Translations under genes and position numbers: made by a program
Assembly (NCBI GenBank): GCA_017461315.1
Contig: JAFTYR010000004.1
Location: 5,397 to 69,396 of the forward strand
Reading direction: 5' to 3'
DNA length: 64,000 nucleotides
From: Burkholderiaceae bacterium
GTDB lineage: Bacteria; Pseudomonadota; Gammaproteobacteria; Burkholderiales; Burkholderiaceae_F
Notes under the pieces: model-generated
The model's input: the letters and a program-made list of their open reading frames with translations, nothing else
Databases searched by the model: none
What the model was told of the DNA's origin: nothing
Shown: positions 36,788-47,621 of the stretch, in pieces
Layout of the letters: the number at the start of each line of letters is the position of its first letter
How positions within the stretch are numbered: the first letter of the stretch is position 1

Positions 36788-38227
36788 CTAGGAATCTGTT
36801 CCACCAACTGTTAAACCGTTAATCAGAAGGGTCGGCATACCCACTCCAACCGGAACACTTTGACCGTCTTTACCACAAGTTCCTACACCTGGATCCAAGG
36901 CTAAATCATTTCCAATAAGCTCAATCTTCGTCAGCGCATCTTCGCCAGAACCAATGAGTGTTGCTCCTTTAATCGGAGCCGTTACTTTCCCGTTTTCAAT
37001 TAGCCAAGCATCACTCATTGTGAAAACAAATTTGCCACTAGTGATATCCACTTGTCCTCCACCAAAGTTTTTGGCATAGATTCCATAGCGAACGGATTCA
37101 ATAATTTCTTGAGGATCTAATGAACCTCCTAGCATGAATGTATTGGTCATTCGAGGCATAGGAAGGTGAGCAAAACTTTCTCGTCGTGCATTCCCTGTAA
37201 TCGAAAATCCGCTCAACTTAGCGTTCGTTTCGTCTTGTATATATCCTTTCAGAATACCATCTTCAATTAATACGGTTCTTTGCGTGGGATTACCTTCGTC
37301 GTCAATATTCAAGGATCCTCTACGGTTCGGTATCGTGCCATCGTCAACGACGGTAACTCCTGGGCTTGCGATACGTGTTCCAATTTTGTCGGAAAAAACG
37401 CTAGTACCTTTACGGTTGAAATCACCTTCAAGTCCGTGTCCGACGGCTTCATGAAGAAGAATACCTGGCCAGCCACATCCTAAAACAACCGGAAGTACCC
37501 CTGCTGGGGATGCTTTCGCTTCTAAATTTCGAAGAGCGGAATCCACAGCTTCATCGACATATTGCTTTAATATGTCGTCTGTAAAGTAGTCCAAAGAAAA
37601 GCGCCCACCGCCTCCTGAGTGAGCTTGTTCTCTTTGGTTATTCTTTTCAACGATAACGGATAGCCCCATTCGAACTAAAGGGCGTACATCACCGGCGAGT
37701 CGCCCATCGGTTGCAGTCACTAAAATCGTGTCGTAGGAAGCGTTTACATAAGCAACGACCTGAGTCACCAGGGGGCTTTTAGAACGAGCTAGCGCTTCAA
37801 TTTTTTTTAATAGAGCGATTTTATTTTCTGTTTTGGCTAGTTCGATCGGATTTTGTGCCATGTAAAGAGAAGGCTTTTCTTTACAGCACGAGATTTTTAC
37901 CTCTGTTTCAGTCTGAGTCGCTGAACCAATACTTTTTACTGTTTGAATCGCTTTTTTTAAAGCAGGCAAGGAAATTTCATCTGAGTAAGCTAAGGCGCTT
38001 TTTGAGCCACTAACGGCTCTAACACCAACGCCACAATCGATACTGAAATTCCCTGCTTTGACAATGCCTTCTTCAAGGATGAAGCCTTCATTCAAGTTTT
38101 TTTGAAAATAGAAGTCGCAATAATCAATACCACCACGATCCAATAACTGGAAGGCTCTTTCTAAATCTTCAAGAGCAATGTCATTTGCTTCTAAAAGTTC
38201 TTTGACCGCTAAAGCTGTGTTATTCAA
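36788..38227 (-). CDS. tldD: metalloprotease TldD
   Basis: HEAVGHGLEGD and other TldD-like sequence throughout. The ORF is open to TTG 38281, but TTG 38227 gives an E. coli-like length of 479 aa and only an 8-nt overlap with the upstream gene. Confidence 0.9.
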   Translation of the reverse strand: MNNTALAVKELLEANDIALEDLERAFQLLDRGGIDYCDFYFQKNLNEGFILEEGIVKAGNFSIDCGVGVRAVSGSKSALAYSDEISLPALKKAIQTVKSIGSATQTETEVKISCCKEKPSLYMAQNPIELAKTENKIALLKKIEALARSKSPLVTQVVAYVNASYDTILVTATDGRLAGDVRPLVRMGLSVIVEKNNQREQAHSGGGGRFSLDYFTDDILKQYVDEAVDSALRNLEAKASPAGVLPVVLGCGWPGILLHEAVGHGLEGDFNRKGTSVFSDKIGTRIASPGVTVVDDGTIPNRRGSLNIDDEGNPTQRTVLIEDGILKGYIQDETNAKLSGFSITGNARRESFAHLPMPRMTNTFMLGGSLDPQEIIESVRYGIYAKNFGGGQVDITSGKFVFTMSDAWLIENGKVTAPIKGATLIGSGEDALTKIELIGNDLALDPGVGTCGKDGQSVPVGVGMPTLLINGLTVGGTDS

Positions 38228-39044
38228 GATCGTACTCTGTTCTATTAAGTAAAGCCGGTAACGTTGCTCGTACTTGAGCAATGAGTGTTGGATTTACTGT
38301 AGCGATCGAAACGCCAGTTTGGGTCTGATCGAGCTTGGAAACCACATTGCCCCAAGGATCGACAATTGTAGAGTGTCCCCAGAAACTGCGACCCGAGTCA
38401 TTTGTACCAGCTTGGCCCGCTGCGGCAACGTAGCAGAGGTTTTCTACCGCCCGTGCACGCAATAATAGTTCCCAGTGTGCTCTACCCGTGTTAACCGTAA
38501 ATGCAGAAGGCAATACGATTAAATCAGGTGTATCCATGTATCTAAAAAGTCTCGGGAATCTTAAGTCATAGCAAACTGCTAAACCTACTTTTAATGTGAT
38601 TCCATTAACCAAGGGCAAAGAGAAATGAACAGGCTTAGTACCGGGTTTAAAGTATTGAGTTTCGTCGTGAGATTCAGTTGCGTGTGAATAAGCAAAAAGG
38701 TGAATCTTATCGTAACGAGCTAAAGTGCCTCCGAACGAGTCATAGACAATCGAGCTATTGTAGATTCGATCTGGAGTATCACTTTTTAATGGAATGGAAC
38801 CAGCAACAACCGTGATTCCGTTCTGTTTAGCCACATTAGCAATCTCTTCTTGGATAGGACCGGATTCATAGTCTTCGGCAATCTTAAAGAGTGCATCCGT
38901 ATCTCCCATCAGTGGGAACATTTCTGGAAGTACGGCTAATTCTGCTCCCTGTAGAGCCGCTTGGCGAATAAGACTTGAAGCCGTTTTGAGGTTTTCTTGA
39001 ACATCAGAACCTGATGTCATTTGGCAAGTAGCTATTTTCAACAT
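38220..39044 (-). CDS. carbon-nitrogen hydrolase (nitrilase superfamily) protein
   Basis: 274 aa. Glu-Lys-Cys triad contexts LPEMF, KIHLF and AVCYDLRFP. Confidence 0.85.
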   Translation of the reverse strand: MLKIATCQMTSGSDVQENLKTASSLIRQAALQGAELAVLPEMFPLMGDTDALFKIAEDYESGPIQEEIANVAKQNGITVVAGSIPLKSDTPDRIYNSSIVYDSFGGTLARYDKIHLFAYSHATESHDETQYFKPGTKPVHFSLPLVNGITLKVGLAVCYDLRFPRLFRYMDTPDLIVLPSAFTVNTGRAHWELLLRARAVENLCYVAAAGQAGTNDSGRSFWGHSTIVDPWGNVVSKLDQTQTGVSIATVNPTLIAQVRATLPALLNRTEYDLE

Positions 39045-39059
39045 AATTCAATATAAAAA

Positions 39060-42000
39060 TTACATATTTAAATCGTACAAAATTTCACTAGGTTTCTCTA
39101 CTTGTCGTTCAATCTTTTGAACAATCGGATCGGACCATGTTCCCGTTACATGGTACTCAAATGAGAAAAGCTTACTGAGTGGGTTCTTAAAGAGTAATTG
39201 TGCAATAAAACTACCGACACCAACAATAGGATTCGCAACTGCAAGTGCAATCGAAGCACCACTCGCATTAATATCTGGAAGAACTAGGATATCAAGATCT
39301 TGAGTTTCTTCCCGTATGTTAATGAGACCACTAATCACAATGGAAGCACTTGTTCCCACAACGGTCAATTCTTTTAAGTCCATATGACCATTATCAATCG
39401 TTGTTTTTCCGACGATCGTATCGAACGTAAAGCCTTTTGAGTAGAAGTCTCTGAAGTCAAGGGTGAGGTATCGAGTTAAGGATTGCAAACTCAATAGCGA
39501 TAAAAGTTTGGCCCCAGCACCCGGTTGAATCTTTTGAATATCACCTTTGCTTAGGTTTATTTCTAGGGCACCGTCAAAGCTTTCCCGGTTAAACCCTAAA
39601 GGCGTTCCTTCCCAAGAAAGTTCTCCTTTAACGATCCCTCGACCATTTCGAATCAAGTTAGACATTCCGATCCGACTGAGCACTCCTCCTAAGTTTTTAA
39701 TTCGATTATCAAGCAATAGTGTGGTGCGATTATTGCCATCAAAACCTTTGAGCCAACTTCCTGACGAAGTAAAAACTTGATCGCTATTTTGAATATTAAG
39801 TTTTTTGATTTGCCACAAATGACCTTGCATTGAAGGCGTGTTAATCGCATTAAGTTCAATTCGTCCTAATTTGACGTCACCATAAGCAAAGTCTTCAATA
39901 ATGGCGTTGATTGCAGGCCATCCACCTTGAATATCAACGGGTTTTGCTTCTTGTGCGACCGTATCTAATGTATTTGGAACGAGAAGCTTTGAAAAATGAG
40001 CAATCAATTGAGGTGTTTTACCTTTTTGATTTTGTTGCCATTCTAAATTTCCAGAGGTCTGTTGGCTTTCAACATGAGCAATCCAACCTTGTGGGCTTCT
40101 TTGAGCATTCAAATGGAATTGATCTTGGTTGAAATTACGAATAAAAAGATGATCAATATCAATTTTTACCGTATCAATCTCAGGGAACGTAATGTAAGGG
40201 GTCTTGGTATCAGAAGAAAAATCTAAAACCTTTGGTGCTAAATCCGTCCATTCTTCCAAAGAGAAGGTTTGCAAATCGGCATTAATCGAAATACCTCGTG
40301 AAGGCATGGGTAAAGCAATCGGGAATCCAAAGGTGCCTTGTTTTAATACATTATTCTTTAAGACTAATTGCGTTTGTCCAATCTTTTGTATATCAACGTG
40401 AACCGCAAGTGTGTCTTTCTTTGCCTGTACTTTAATGGCTAATGGATTTTCAGTGGCTTGTGATTTTGTTAAAGGTGTCGGTAATTTACTCGACATGCCA
40501 ACCAATGAACTTTGAATGTCGACGTCAATAACACTATCTCGTATATTGGCAACTACCTTAAACGGAGTCTTACCCGCAAAGTATCGGTTTGTTAATTCAG
40601 GTGTCCAAGTACCAGGAAGGACTTGGTGTAAAGCACCGGCAGGTAGAGTCCCTTTGGCATTGACTTGAATTGTTCCATTTTTAAGTGTTGCAAGCGTCGC
40701 AGAAACGGCTTCACCCAAAATGTTTGCCTTGAGTTCCTTACTGTCAGCGCCTTTTTCAGAAAAATGAACCGTTCCATTAATTTTTCTTAAAGAAGGGATG
40801 CTGAACTGGTTAAAGGCAAGATCATTGTTTTGAGCTGTGAAACTACCATCGACTGAAGCATCGTAATTGCTATCAAACGGTATCTTGAGCATCAATGAAA
40901 GAAGACCATTACCACTACCATTTGCTTTGGTAAAAATCCCTCCCGTATAGTCGGTAACAGGGGAGTGATTTGCGTAGTGGAGGAAAGAATTAATATCTCC
41001 CGAGGCCTTTGCCTCGATGTTCAACCAAATAGGTTTTGCAGAAAAAGCCGGAATTTCAGCTAATACATTTGAAATGGATGCCTTTTGATAACGCCCAGAT
41101 TTAGCCTCAATCATCATGCTTTCTCCGGCGAAGGTACCAGTTCCAGATACACGTTCAAAAACAGGCCAAATTGCACCATGCTTCCAAGTACCGTTGCTGT
41201 TCGTTTTATTTGTCGGGAAAACATCTAAGGTTACGTCTTTAAAATCAAAGACCGTTTTGAAGCTATGTTCATTCGATAAAGTCCACGGGAATTCGTGTAA
41301 AGGCCCTCGAACGGTTGCGTGACCGTTAGAAGCCGTACCCGAAAGAAGAGCGCGCTTTAACCAAAGGATGGTTTCCTTACCTGCGATGTTAGGAACATAC
41401 TTCCAAGCACTCGTGGCTTTGCCTTGGATATTTTTGAGATTGAGATCTAGATATCCAAAGGGGCTACCATCTCTTCTATAAGAACCAGTGCCATCGAACT
41501 GAATCTCGTCACTTGAAGCATGTATTCTTTTCAATGTGATCATGCTAGGGGTTAAATCTTTACCGATTGACCAGCTACTTTCTGCGTCTAATTGATTCAG
41601 TCGGAAACTGGCAACGGGGAAAATGCCAGGGAAAGATACTTGGGCATTTTTAGACTTAATTCGAATGGTTCCACCTTTACTTGTGGCTTGAAGATTCCCT
41701 GTGAGGTGACGGAAGCCAGGTAACCAGGGTCCATTGTTTTTACCAGAAGCACCATCCGATTGAAGATCAATAAATTCCAAAGAAGCTTCATAGCGAGTAG
41801 GTTGAGAAATCGAACCATCCCATAGAACAGATAGGTTTTGGATCGTCCCCCCGAGATTTCTCTGGTTAACGAATTTCTTTAATTCATTCGGCAATGGTAA
41901 AGACGGGAATAATTTAACAATCTCAGAAATCTTCACAATATTGGCTTGGATTTTCGCAGAAGAAAGATCATTTTCTTTTGTGAAAATTTGACCGCTGATC

Positions 42001-43052
42001 TCTAAACTCGGACTCGGGTTTTCGTTAGCGACTTTATAGACAAAGTCGTTAGTTGAAAAACGATATTCATTTTGAGTTAAAGATCCCTTAATTTTCCCCT
42101 TGAGGTAGTCAAAATGCAGTTCCTTTAATTCAGGTGAAAAATGCATTGATAAATTTGACAAGGCCCCGATAAAGGAAAAACCTTCTAGTTTCCAATGATT
42201 TAGTTCAACCCATAAGTGACCAGAACCTTCACCTTGTATCTTCAGGACGGTTTGAGGAAGCCATTCCTTGAGTTTTTGGAAATTGATATACGGCAAATCA
42301 CCATACACGGTTCCTTTCCAATCGTGTGGATTATTGGGTAAGGAGCCAAAAGACGGTTTGAATTTTGCTCGAATATCAAAAGGCTTAGCGATTTCAGATG
42401 GAGGCGTGATTTGTAATCCAATCTTTTTAAAGATAGGTCCATTTTGGATGCCAATATTTATATCTTGCAAAGACAATTGGCGTTGTTGTCCCAAATAATC
42501 AATAAAGTCAATTTGTCCTTGAGTGATCAGGATTTCTCGTTGTTTGAAGTACCAATTCAATGATTCTTCAAAAGAAAAACTTTCAGTAGAGGATTGAACA
42601 TTCGGATCGATCTCGAAACCTAAAACAGAAAGTTTATTATCAGCCGTTCTCGTGATATTGAGCTGAGGCTTATCTAACTGTAGCCGTGCAAATACTGGAG
42701 TTAGATGGATTAAGGAACGATAGGAGAGGATACCAATTGCTTTTTGAGCGGTAGTTTTATCTGAATTCTCTCCAATCTGAATGTCATCAATTTCGAAATA
42801 TGGATTTAGACGATACCATCCCGTCTTTAAAGAGCCGATATGAACAGGCTGATTTAGTAGGGTGCTTAATTTTTGCTCGATTAATGGCTTTGATTCTGCA
42901 ATCTTGGGAACAACCACATAGCGAGTTGTCAGTATAACGGCAACGCTTAGGAAGAAAATAATAACGAAAAACCATCCGATCCAAGAAAGGATTCGATTGA
43001 ATCGGCCGATTTTTACATCGGCAATCGGTTTTTGATTCGTTGTTTGATTCAT
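39060..43052 (-). CDS. yhdP: YhdP-family (AsmA-like) large envelope protein
   Basis: 1330 aa. N-terminal anchor followed by a long beta-rich periplasmic region. Its size, C-terminal block and position next to tldD match E. coli yhdP. Confidence 0.8.
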   Translation of the reverse strand: MNQTTNQKPIADVKIGRFNRILSWIGWFFVIIFFLSVAVILTTRYVVVPKIAESKPLIEQKLSTLLNQPVHIGSLKTGWYRLNPYFEIDDIQIGENSDKTTAQKAIGILSYRSLIHLTPVFARLQLDKPQLNITRTADNKLSVLGFEIDPNVQSSTESFSFEESLNWYFKQREILITQGQIDFIDYLGQQRQLSLQDINIGIQNGPIFKKIGLQITPPSEIAKPFDIRAKFKPSFGSLPNNPHDWKGTVYGDLPYINFQKLKEWLPQTVLKIQGEGSGHLWVELNHWKLEGFSFIGALSNLSMHFSPELKELHFDYLKGKIKGSLTQNEYRFSTNDFVYKVANENPSPSLEISGQIFTKENDLSSAKIQANIVKISEIVKLFPSLPLPNELKKFVNQRNLGGTIQNLSVLWDGSISQPTRYEASLEFIDLQSDGASGKNNGPWLPGFRHLTGNLQATSKGGTIRIKSKNAQVSFPGIFPVASFRLNQLDAESSWSIGKDLTPSMITLKRIHASSDEIQFDGTGSYRRDGSPFGYLDLNLKNIQGKATSAWKYVPNIAGKETILWLKRALLSGTASNGHATVRGPLHEFPWTLSNEHSFKTVFDFKDVTLDVFPTNKTNSNGTWKHGAIWPVFERVSGTGTFAGESMMIEAKSGRYQKASISNVLAEIPAFSAKPIWLNIEAKASGDINSFLHYANHSPVTDYTGGIFTKANGSGNGLLSLMLKIPFDSNYDASVDGSFTAQNNDLAFNQFSIPSLRKINGTVHFSEKGADSKELKANILGEAVSATLATLKNGTIQVNAKGTLPAGALHQVLPGTWTPELTNRYFAGKTPFKVVANIRDSVIDVDIQSSLVGMSSKLPTPLTKSQATENPLAIKVQAKKDTLAVHVDIQKIGQTQLVLKNNVLKQGTFGFPIALPMPSRGISINADLQTFSLEEWTDLAPKVLDFSSDTKTPYITFPEIDTVKIDIDHLFIRNFNQDQFHLNAQRSPQGWIAHVESQQTSGNLEWQQNQKGKTPQLIAHFSKLLVPNTLDTVAQEAKPVDIQGGWPAINAIIEDFAYGDVKLGRIELNAINTPSMQGHLWQIKKLNIQNSDQVFTSSGSWLKGFDGNNRTTLLLDNRIKNLGGVLSRIGMSNLIRNGRGIVKGELSWEGTPLGFNRESFDGALEINLSKGDIQKIQPGAGAKLLSLLSLQSLTRYLTLDFRDFYSKGFTFDTIVGKTTIDNGHMDLKELTVVGTSASIVISGLINIREETQDLDILVLPDINASGASIALAVANPIVGVGSFIAQLLFKNPLSKLFSFEYHVTGTWSDPIVQKIERQVEKPSEILYDLNM

Positions 43053-43142
43053 TTGATACGCAAAACGAAAATAAATATGTCCGCTAATGTATTCTCAACT
43101 GTAACATATACCATAACAGTGTAATCCTATACGTCTTTAATC

Positions 43143-46013
43143 ATGTCTGAAACCGTTTCGTTCACTTTGCGTCCAAACCAACAAAGGTTGTCTTTTTCGG
43201 AGGTACCTCAATACTCTCAGTATGTAGCTCGCGCCTTAAAGGCAAAGTTTGGTGAAGATGAGGTTCAAAAAGAAGCTTATTTACAGGAGTTACAAGAAAC
43301 TTGTTGGACAGAAGAGGCAATTCGAGAACGACTAGAAAAAATTCAAACATCCGAGGAACTCGAAAGCGAAGCCCGTAGATTACGTCGGGATATTTTACTT
43401 TCACTGATTGTTCGCGATATTACGGGAGTCGGTGGTTATGAAGAAGTTGTAAAAGTAATCACCGCTTTAGCGGAGGTCGTAGTTCAAAAGACGGTTTGGG
43501 TTTATTCACGAGAATTAGCGAAGCGTTTCGGTGTTCCTATGTCCGCCGATGGGATCCCTCAAGACTTATTAGTGGTTGGAATGGGAAAACTTGGTGGTGC
43601 AGAACTTAATGTTTCAAGCGATATTGATCTTATCTTCGTTTATAACGAAGATGGGGAATGTTCTGCAACGCCGGAATTTCCGAATCCACGGAAACAACTT
43701 TCAAACCGAGAGTTTTTTGAACGTCTATCGAAGAAAATTATTCCTGCGATCGACAATATCACTTATGACGGCTTTGTTTTCCGTGTTGATATGAGATTAC
43801 GTCCCAATGGAGATTCCGGTCCGATTGTTGACTCTTGTGCCATGCTAGAGGAGTACCTCATGACGCAAGGACGAGATTGGGAACGATTCGCTTGGTCTAA
43901 AGGGCGTGTTGTAAGTACTCCCGTATTCGCTTCAAAAGAACAGTTTGAACAACAAGTTAAAGAATTAGGAGACTTGGTCCGTCCCTTTGTCTATCGAAAG
44001 TTTTTGGATTTTTCTGCGATTAGTTCTTTAACGGATTTACACGCTCGAATCCGTGCGGCGAGTCGTCAAAGAGAATTTGAAGCTCTTAAAAAAGGTACTA
44101 ATATCAAGTTGGGTCGTGGTGGTATTCGAGAAATTGAATTTATTGTTCAGACCTTTCAGGTGATTCGTGCAGGGCGTATAAAATTGCTCCGAGAACGATC
44201 CACCCTAAAATCACTCCAATTACTAGCAAAAGAGTACGTTATCTCACAAGAAGAGGCGCAACGTCTTTCAGAGATTTATGTTTTTTTGCGAAATTTTGAA
44301 CATGCGTTGCAGTATGTTGACGATCAGCAAACACAACTTTATCCGGATAATCTAGACGAACAGGTTAAGATTGCCACTATGTTAGGGTTTAGCCATGAGG
44401 ATCTCAATGAGACCTTACGCCAAGCCAATGATTATGTAGCCGCATCTTTTGATTCAATCTTTCAAACGGATAAGGAAGAAGAGCATGATGAGTGGCCTAT
44501 TGGTTGGGAAACCGGTAAAGAATCTACACTTGATGCATTAACCGAACTTCTTGCTACTTATGGTTATGGTAGACCAGGGGAAGCAGCAAACCGCATGTTG
44601 ACTCTTATGAAATTAAGGTCAATGAAGCTCATTAATTCATCAGCTCGAGATCGAATGGTGAAATTGGTTAAACGAATTGTGCACGACATACCACAACAAA
44701 TCGGAACCTTTAGAACCAGTATTTCTGCAGATGATCTTTTAGAACGATATGTTCAATTTTTAGAGGTTATTGCAGGGCGTCCTACCTATGTATCGTTATT
44801 GATGCAATATCCGTCTACGTGCGTGCAGGTGTCTCGATTACTTGCTGCGAGTCGCTGGGCTACAAATTACCTCATTCGTCATCCCTTGCTATTAGATGAA
44901 TTATTAGACGAACGTATCGATCGTATTGATGATTACACGCCGGTTAATTACTCCAATTACATCGAGAGAATGCGCTGGAGACTCGAAGGTCTTGATGAAC
45001 AAGACCAAGAGGCTCGAATGAATTTGGTGCGAGAGTTTCACCACGCAGCGCTCTTCAAACTTCTAGTAGCGGATTTAGATGGACGCTTTACGGTTGAACG
45101 ATTGGCCGATCAGCTTTCTGCTTTAGCGGATGCAACACTAGAAGTGGTCATTGAAGAAGCGTGGAAAACGGTTCCAAATCGTCACCGGGAAGATCCTTGT
45201 TTTGCGGTAATTGCTTTTGGAAAATTAGGTGGTAAAGAATTAGGATATGCAAGTGATTTAGATCTTGTATTTCTTTACGATGATGACTATCCCGATGCTG
45301 AAAAAGTCTATGGTCGCCTGGCAAGACGTTTGTTGAATTGGTTAACCGTGACAACTACTTCTGGCGTTTTATTTGATGTTGATATGCGATTGCGTCCTAA
45401 TGGAGAATCCGGAATGTTGGTTTCTACTCTAGATGCATTTAGACGTTACGAACGCAATGAAGATGGTACGGGAGCTTGGACGTGGGAACATCAAGCCCTT
45501 ACTAGGGGACGTTTCTGTGCCGGAAATCGAGATATCGGAGACGAATTTGAAAAAGAACGAAAAGAAATTCTTTGTCGGTGCCGGGATCCACAGAGAATTG
45601 CACAAGAAATTTTAACGATGCGTCAGAGGATGCACGATGGACATGTCAATAAATCATCTTTGTATGATATTAAGCACGATTCAGGGGGGATGGTTGATGT
45701 TGAATTCATGGTGCAATACTTGGTTTTGACGGCTTCGCACAAACATCCAGAATTAGTTAATAATTTTGGAAATATTAAGCTCATTACAATGGCTTCAGAG
45801 GCGGGGCTGATTGACTCAGAGAAGGCGTTGTCTGTGGCGAAGGCCTACCGAGACTATCGTCGCCTACAACATCGTTATCGCTTAAATATTCCGGACAATA
45901 TGCCTGTTCGAGTGGATCCGGATTCTTTAGGAATGAATCCAGAAGTCGTACGATCACTTTGGAAGGATGTGTTTGGTCCTTATGAAGAATTACCTCTAGT
46001 GGAATTAAAGTAA
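43143..46013 (+). CDS. glnE: bifunctional glutamine synthetase adenylyltransferase / adenylyl-removing enzyme
   Basis: 956 aa. Two nucleotidyltransferase domains (GKLGGAELNVSSDIDLIFVY and GKLGGKELGYASDLDLVFLY). Confidence 0.95.
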   Translation: MSETVSFTLRPNQQRLSFSEVPQYSQYVARALKAKFGEDEVQKEAYLQELQETCWTEEAIRERLEKIQTSEELESEARRLRRDILLSLIVRDITGVGGYEEVVKVITALAEVVVQKTVWVYSRELAKRFGVPMSADGIPQDLLVVGMGKLGGAELNVSSDIDLIFVYNEDGECSATPEFPNPRKQLSNREFFERLSKKIIPAIDNITYDGFVFRVDMRLRPNGDSGPIVDSCAMLEEYLMTQGRDWERFAWSKGRVVSTPVFASKEQFEQQVKELGDLVRPFVYRKFLDFSAISSLTDLHARIRAASRQREFEALKKGTNIKLGRGGIREIEFIVQTFQVIRAGRIKLLRERSTLKSLQLLAKEYVISQEEAQRLSEIYVFLRNFEHALQYVDDQQTQLYPDNLDEQVKIATMLGFSHEDLNETLRQANDYVAASFDSIFQTDKEEEHDEWPIGWETGKESTLDALTELLATYGYGRPGEAANRMLTLMKLRSMKLINSSARDRMVKLVKRIVHDIPQQIGTFRTSISADDLLERYVQFLEVIAGRPTYVSLLMQYPSTCVQVSRLLAASRWATNYLIRHPLLLDELLDERIDRIDDYTPVNYSNYIERMRWRLEGLDEQDQEARMNLVREFHHAALFKLLVADLDGRFTVERLADQLSALADATLEVVIEEAWKTVPNRHREDPCFAVIAFGKLGGKELGYASDLDLVFLYDDDYPDAEKVYGRLARRLLNWLTVTTTSGVLFDVDMRLRPNGESGMLVSTLDAFRRYERNEDGTGAWTWEHQALTRGRFCAGNRDIGDEFEKERKEILCRCRDPQRIAQEILTMRQRMHDGHVNKSSLYDIKHDSGGMVDVEFMVQYLVLTASHKHPELVNNFGNIKLITMASEAGLIDSEKALSVAKAYRDYRRLQHRYRLNIPDNMPVRVDPDSLGMNPEVVRSLWKDVFGPYEELPLVELK

Positions 46014-46990
46014 TGATGGAGTTTGGTGTATCGGACTATCAGGCCCCGAAGTGGCTTCCGAGCGGACATTTACAGACCATTTGGCCAGCTCAGTATATGG
46101 CTCGCCCTCAAGTTTCTTACCGTCGAGAGATTTGGGATACTCCTGATGGCGATGTAGTGGCTATTGATTTAATTCATCCAGATTTGCCAAGTGGTGTGCC
46201 AACGCTAGTTCATTTTCATGGACTAGAAGGGTCGTCGCAGAGTCACTATGCTCTAGCTTTGATGCAGACTTGTCAGAATCATAATATTCGTGGTGTCGTG
46301 GTTCATTACAGAGGGTGTGGTGGTATTGAAAATAAGAAACCACGCGCATACTTCGCCGCAGATGCTTCTGAGTTAGATTGGATCTTTCGACGTATAAAAA
46401 CGCGCTGGCCCAATAGTTCTATTTCTGCGATGGGTGTGTCGCTTGGTGCTAACAATTTACTTTATTGGGCAGGAACCCGAGAAGAAGAGGCCTCTAAATG
46501 GGTGGATTTTATTGTGGCGGTTTGTTCTCCACTTGATTTAGTAAGAAGTAGTCAGTGTTTTTCTTCAGGGATTACACGACTTTATGAGTGGAATTTTTTA
46601 CGAACGTTGCGACCTAAAGCGAAAAGAATGAATCAACAATTTCCGGGATTGTTATCTGACGAAAAAATAGATTCGATTCATTCACTATGGGATTTTGATG
46701 ACTGTGTTACAGCGCCTTTGCATGGTTTCTGTAATGCATTAGACTATCTAACTCGTTGTTCGAGTAAGTTATATTTGGGTGGAATTCGTGTTCCAACTCT
46801 GTTGCTAAACTCTCGAAACGATCCGTTTCTCAAAGCGGAATGTTTTCCAAAACCAGAGGAATTATCTGGTTTTATTAAAGCGGAATTCCCAAATGAAGGT
46901 GGTCATTGTGGATTTCCGCAAGGTAGTTTTCCCGGTAGCCTTGGGTATCTTCCCATGCGCACGCTGAGGTTTATTACTTGTGGCGAATAA
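46013..46990 (+). CDS. alpha/beta-fold hydrolase, YheT-like
   Basis: 325 aa. HFHGLEGS and the nucleophile elbow GVSLGAN. 1-nt overlap (TAATG) with glnE. Confidence 0.75.
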   Translation: MMEFGVSDYQAPKWLPSGHLQTIWPAQYMARPQVSYRREIWDTPDGDVVAIDLIHPDLPSGVPTLVHFHGLEGSSQSHYALALMQTCQNHNIRGVVVHYRGCGGIENKKPRAYFAADASELDWIFRRIKTRWPNSSISAMGVSLGANNLLYWAGTREEEASKWVDFIVAVCSPLDLVRSSQCFSSGITRLYEWNFLRTLRPKAKRMNQQFPGLLSDEKIDSIHSLWDFDDCVTAPLHGFCNALDYLTRCSSKLYLGGIRVPTLLLNSRNDPFLKAECFPKPEELSGFIKAEFPNEGGHCGFPQGSFPGSLGYLPMRTLRFITCGE

Positions 46991-47030
46991 TGTTTAAACG
47001 CTGGCTTGTGTCGCTGGTAGTGGAGATTGT

Positions 47031-47615
47031 ATGCAAATGAACCTTTCAAAAGACCGAACGTGTGGTCTGCTGTATTTTGCTTTATTCATCCTAACTATAC
47101 CCGCAATGAATTGGGTTGTGATGAACGTAGGATTGTCATGTACTGAAAGCGGTCCTTGTTTAATTCCTGTTTGGTTTGGCATACAAGCTCCAAGTGGCGT
47201 GTTAATGGCTGGTTTTGCTCTGGTTTTACGAGACCTCGTTCAATCTAAGTTAGGGGTTCGTTGGTCTTTGTACGCTATTGTTCTAGGCGCTTTACTTTCA
47301 GCGGTTTTCTCAGATTCTTCCTTAATTTTTGCTTGTGTTTTAGCTTTTTTCTTTTCTGAATTAGCAGATCTTTTGGTCTATACACCACTGAGAAAAAAAT
47401 GGCCGGCATGGGCTATTTTGGCAAGTGGTCTTGTGGGTTCAGTGGTTGATAGTGCAATATTTTTAACCATTGCGTTCGGAGGTACTGAATTCTTATTTGG
47501 TCAGGTTCTCGGAAAGTTCTGGATGTCCTTGATTGTAGCGATTTTGGTGGGTTGGTTGCATACTCGCCAGAGACGATTAAATCGTGTTGCGATACAGGAG
47601 CGCTTGATTCGTTAA
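47031..47615 (+). CDS. VUT-family (YhhQ-like) queuosine-precursor transporter
   Basis: 194 aa membrane protein. FFFSELADLLVY and VGSVVDSAIFLTIAFG resemble DUF165/YhhQ blocks. Confidence 0.65.
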   Translation: MQMNLSKDRTCGLLYFALFILTIPAMNWVVMNVGLSCTESGPCLIPVWFGIQAPSGVLMAGFALVLRDLVQSKLGVRWSLYAIVLGALLSAVFSDSSLIFACVLAFFFSELADLLVYTPLRKKWPAWAILASGLVGSVVDSAIFLTIAFGGTEFLFGQVLGKFWMSLIVAILVGWLHTRQRRLNRVAIQERLIR

Positions 47616-47621
47616 TTTCTT

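Noticed and set aside
38228-38281. N-terminal 18-codon extension of TldD, which would overlap the nitrilase-family gene by 62 nt.
   Set aside because: The ORF-track M is a TTG. An in-frame TTG at 38227 reproduces the E. coli TldD N-terminal length and reduces the overlap to 8 nt.
43098-43120. ACTGTAAC-N7-ATAACAGT inverted repeat in the yhdP/glnE divergent region, considered as a LexA or other operator.
   Set aside because: The CTGT...ACAG spacing is 13 rather than 8, the arms are short and AT-rich, and it is compatible with chance.
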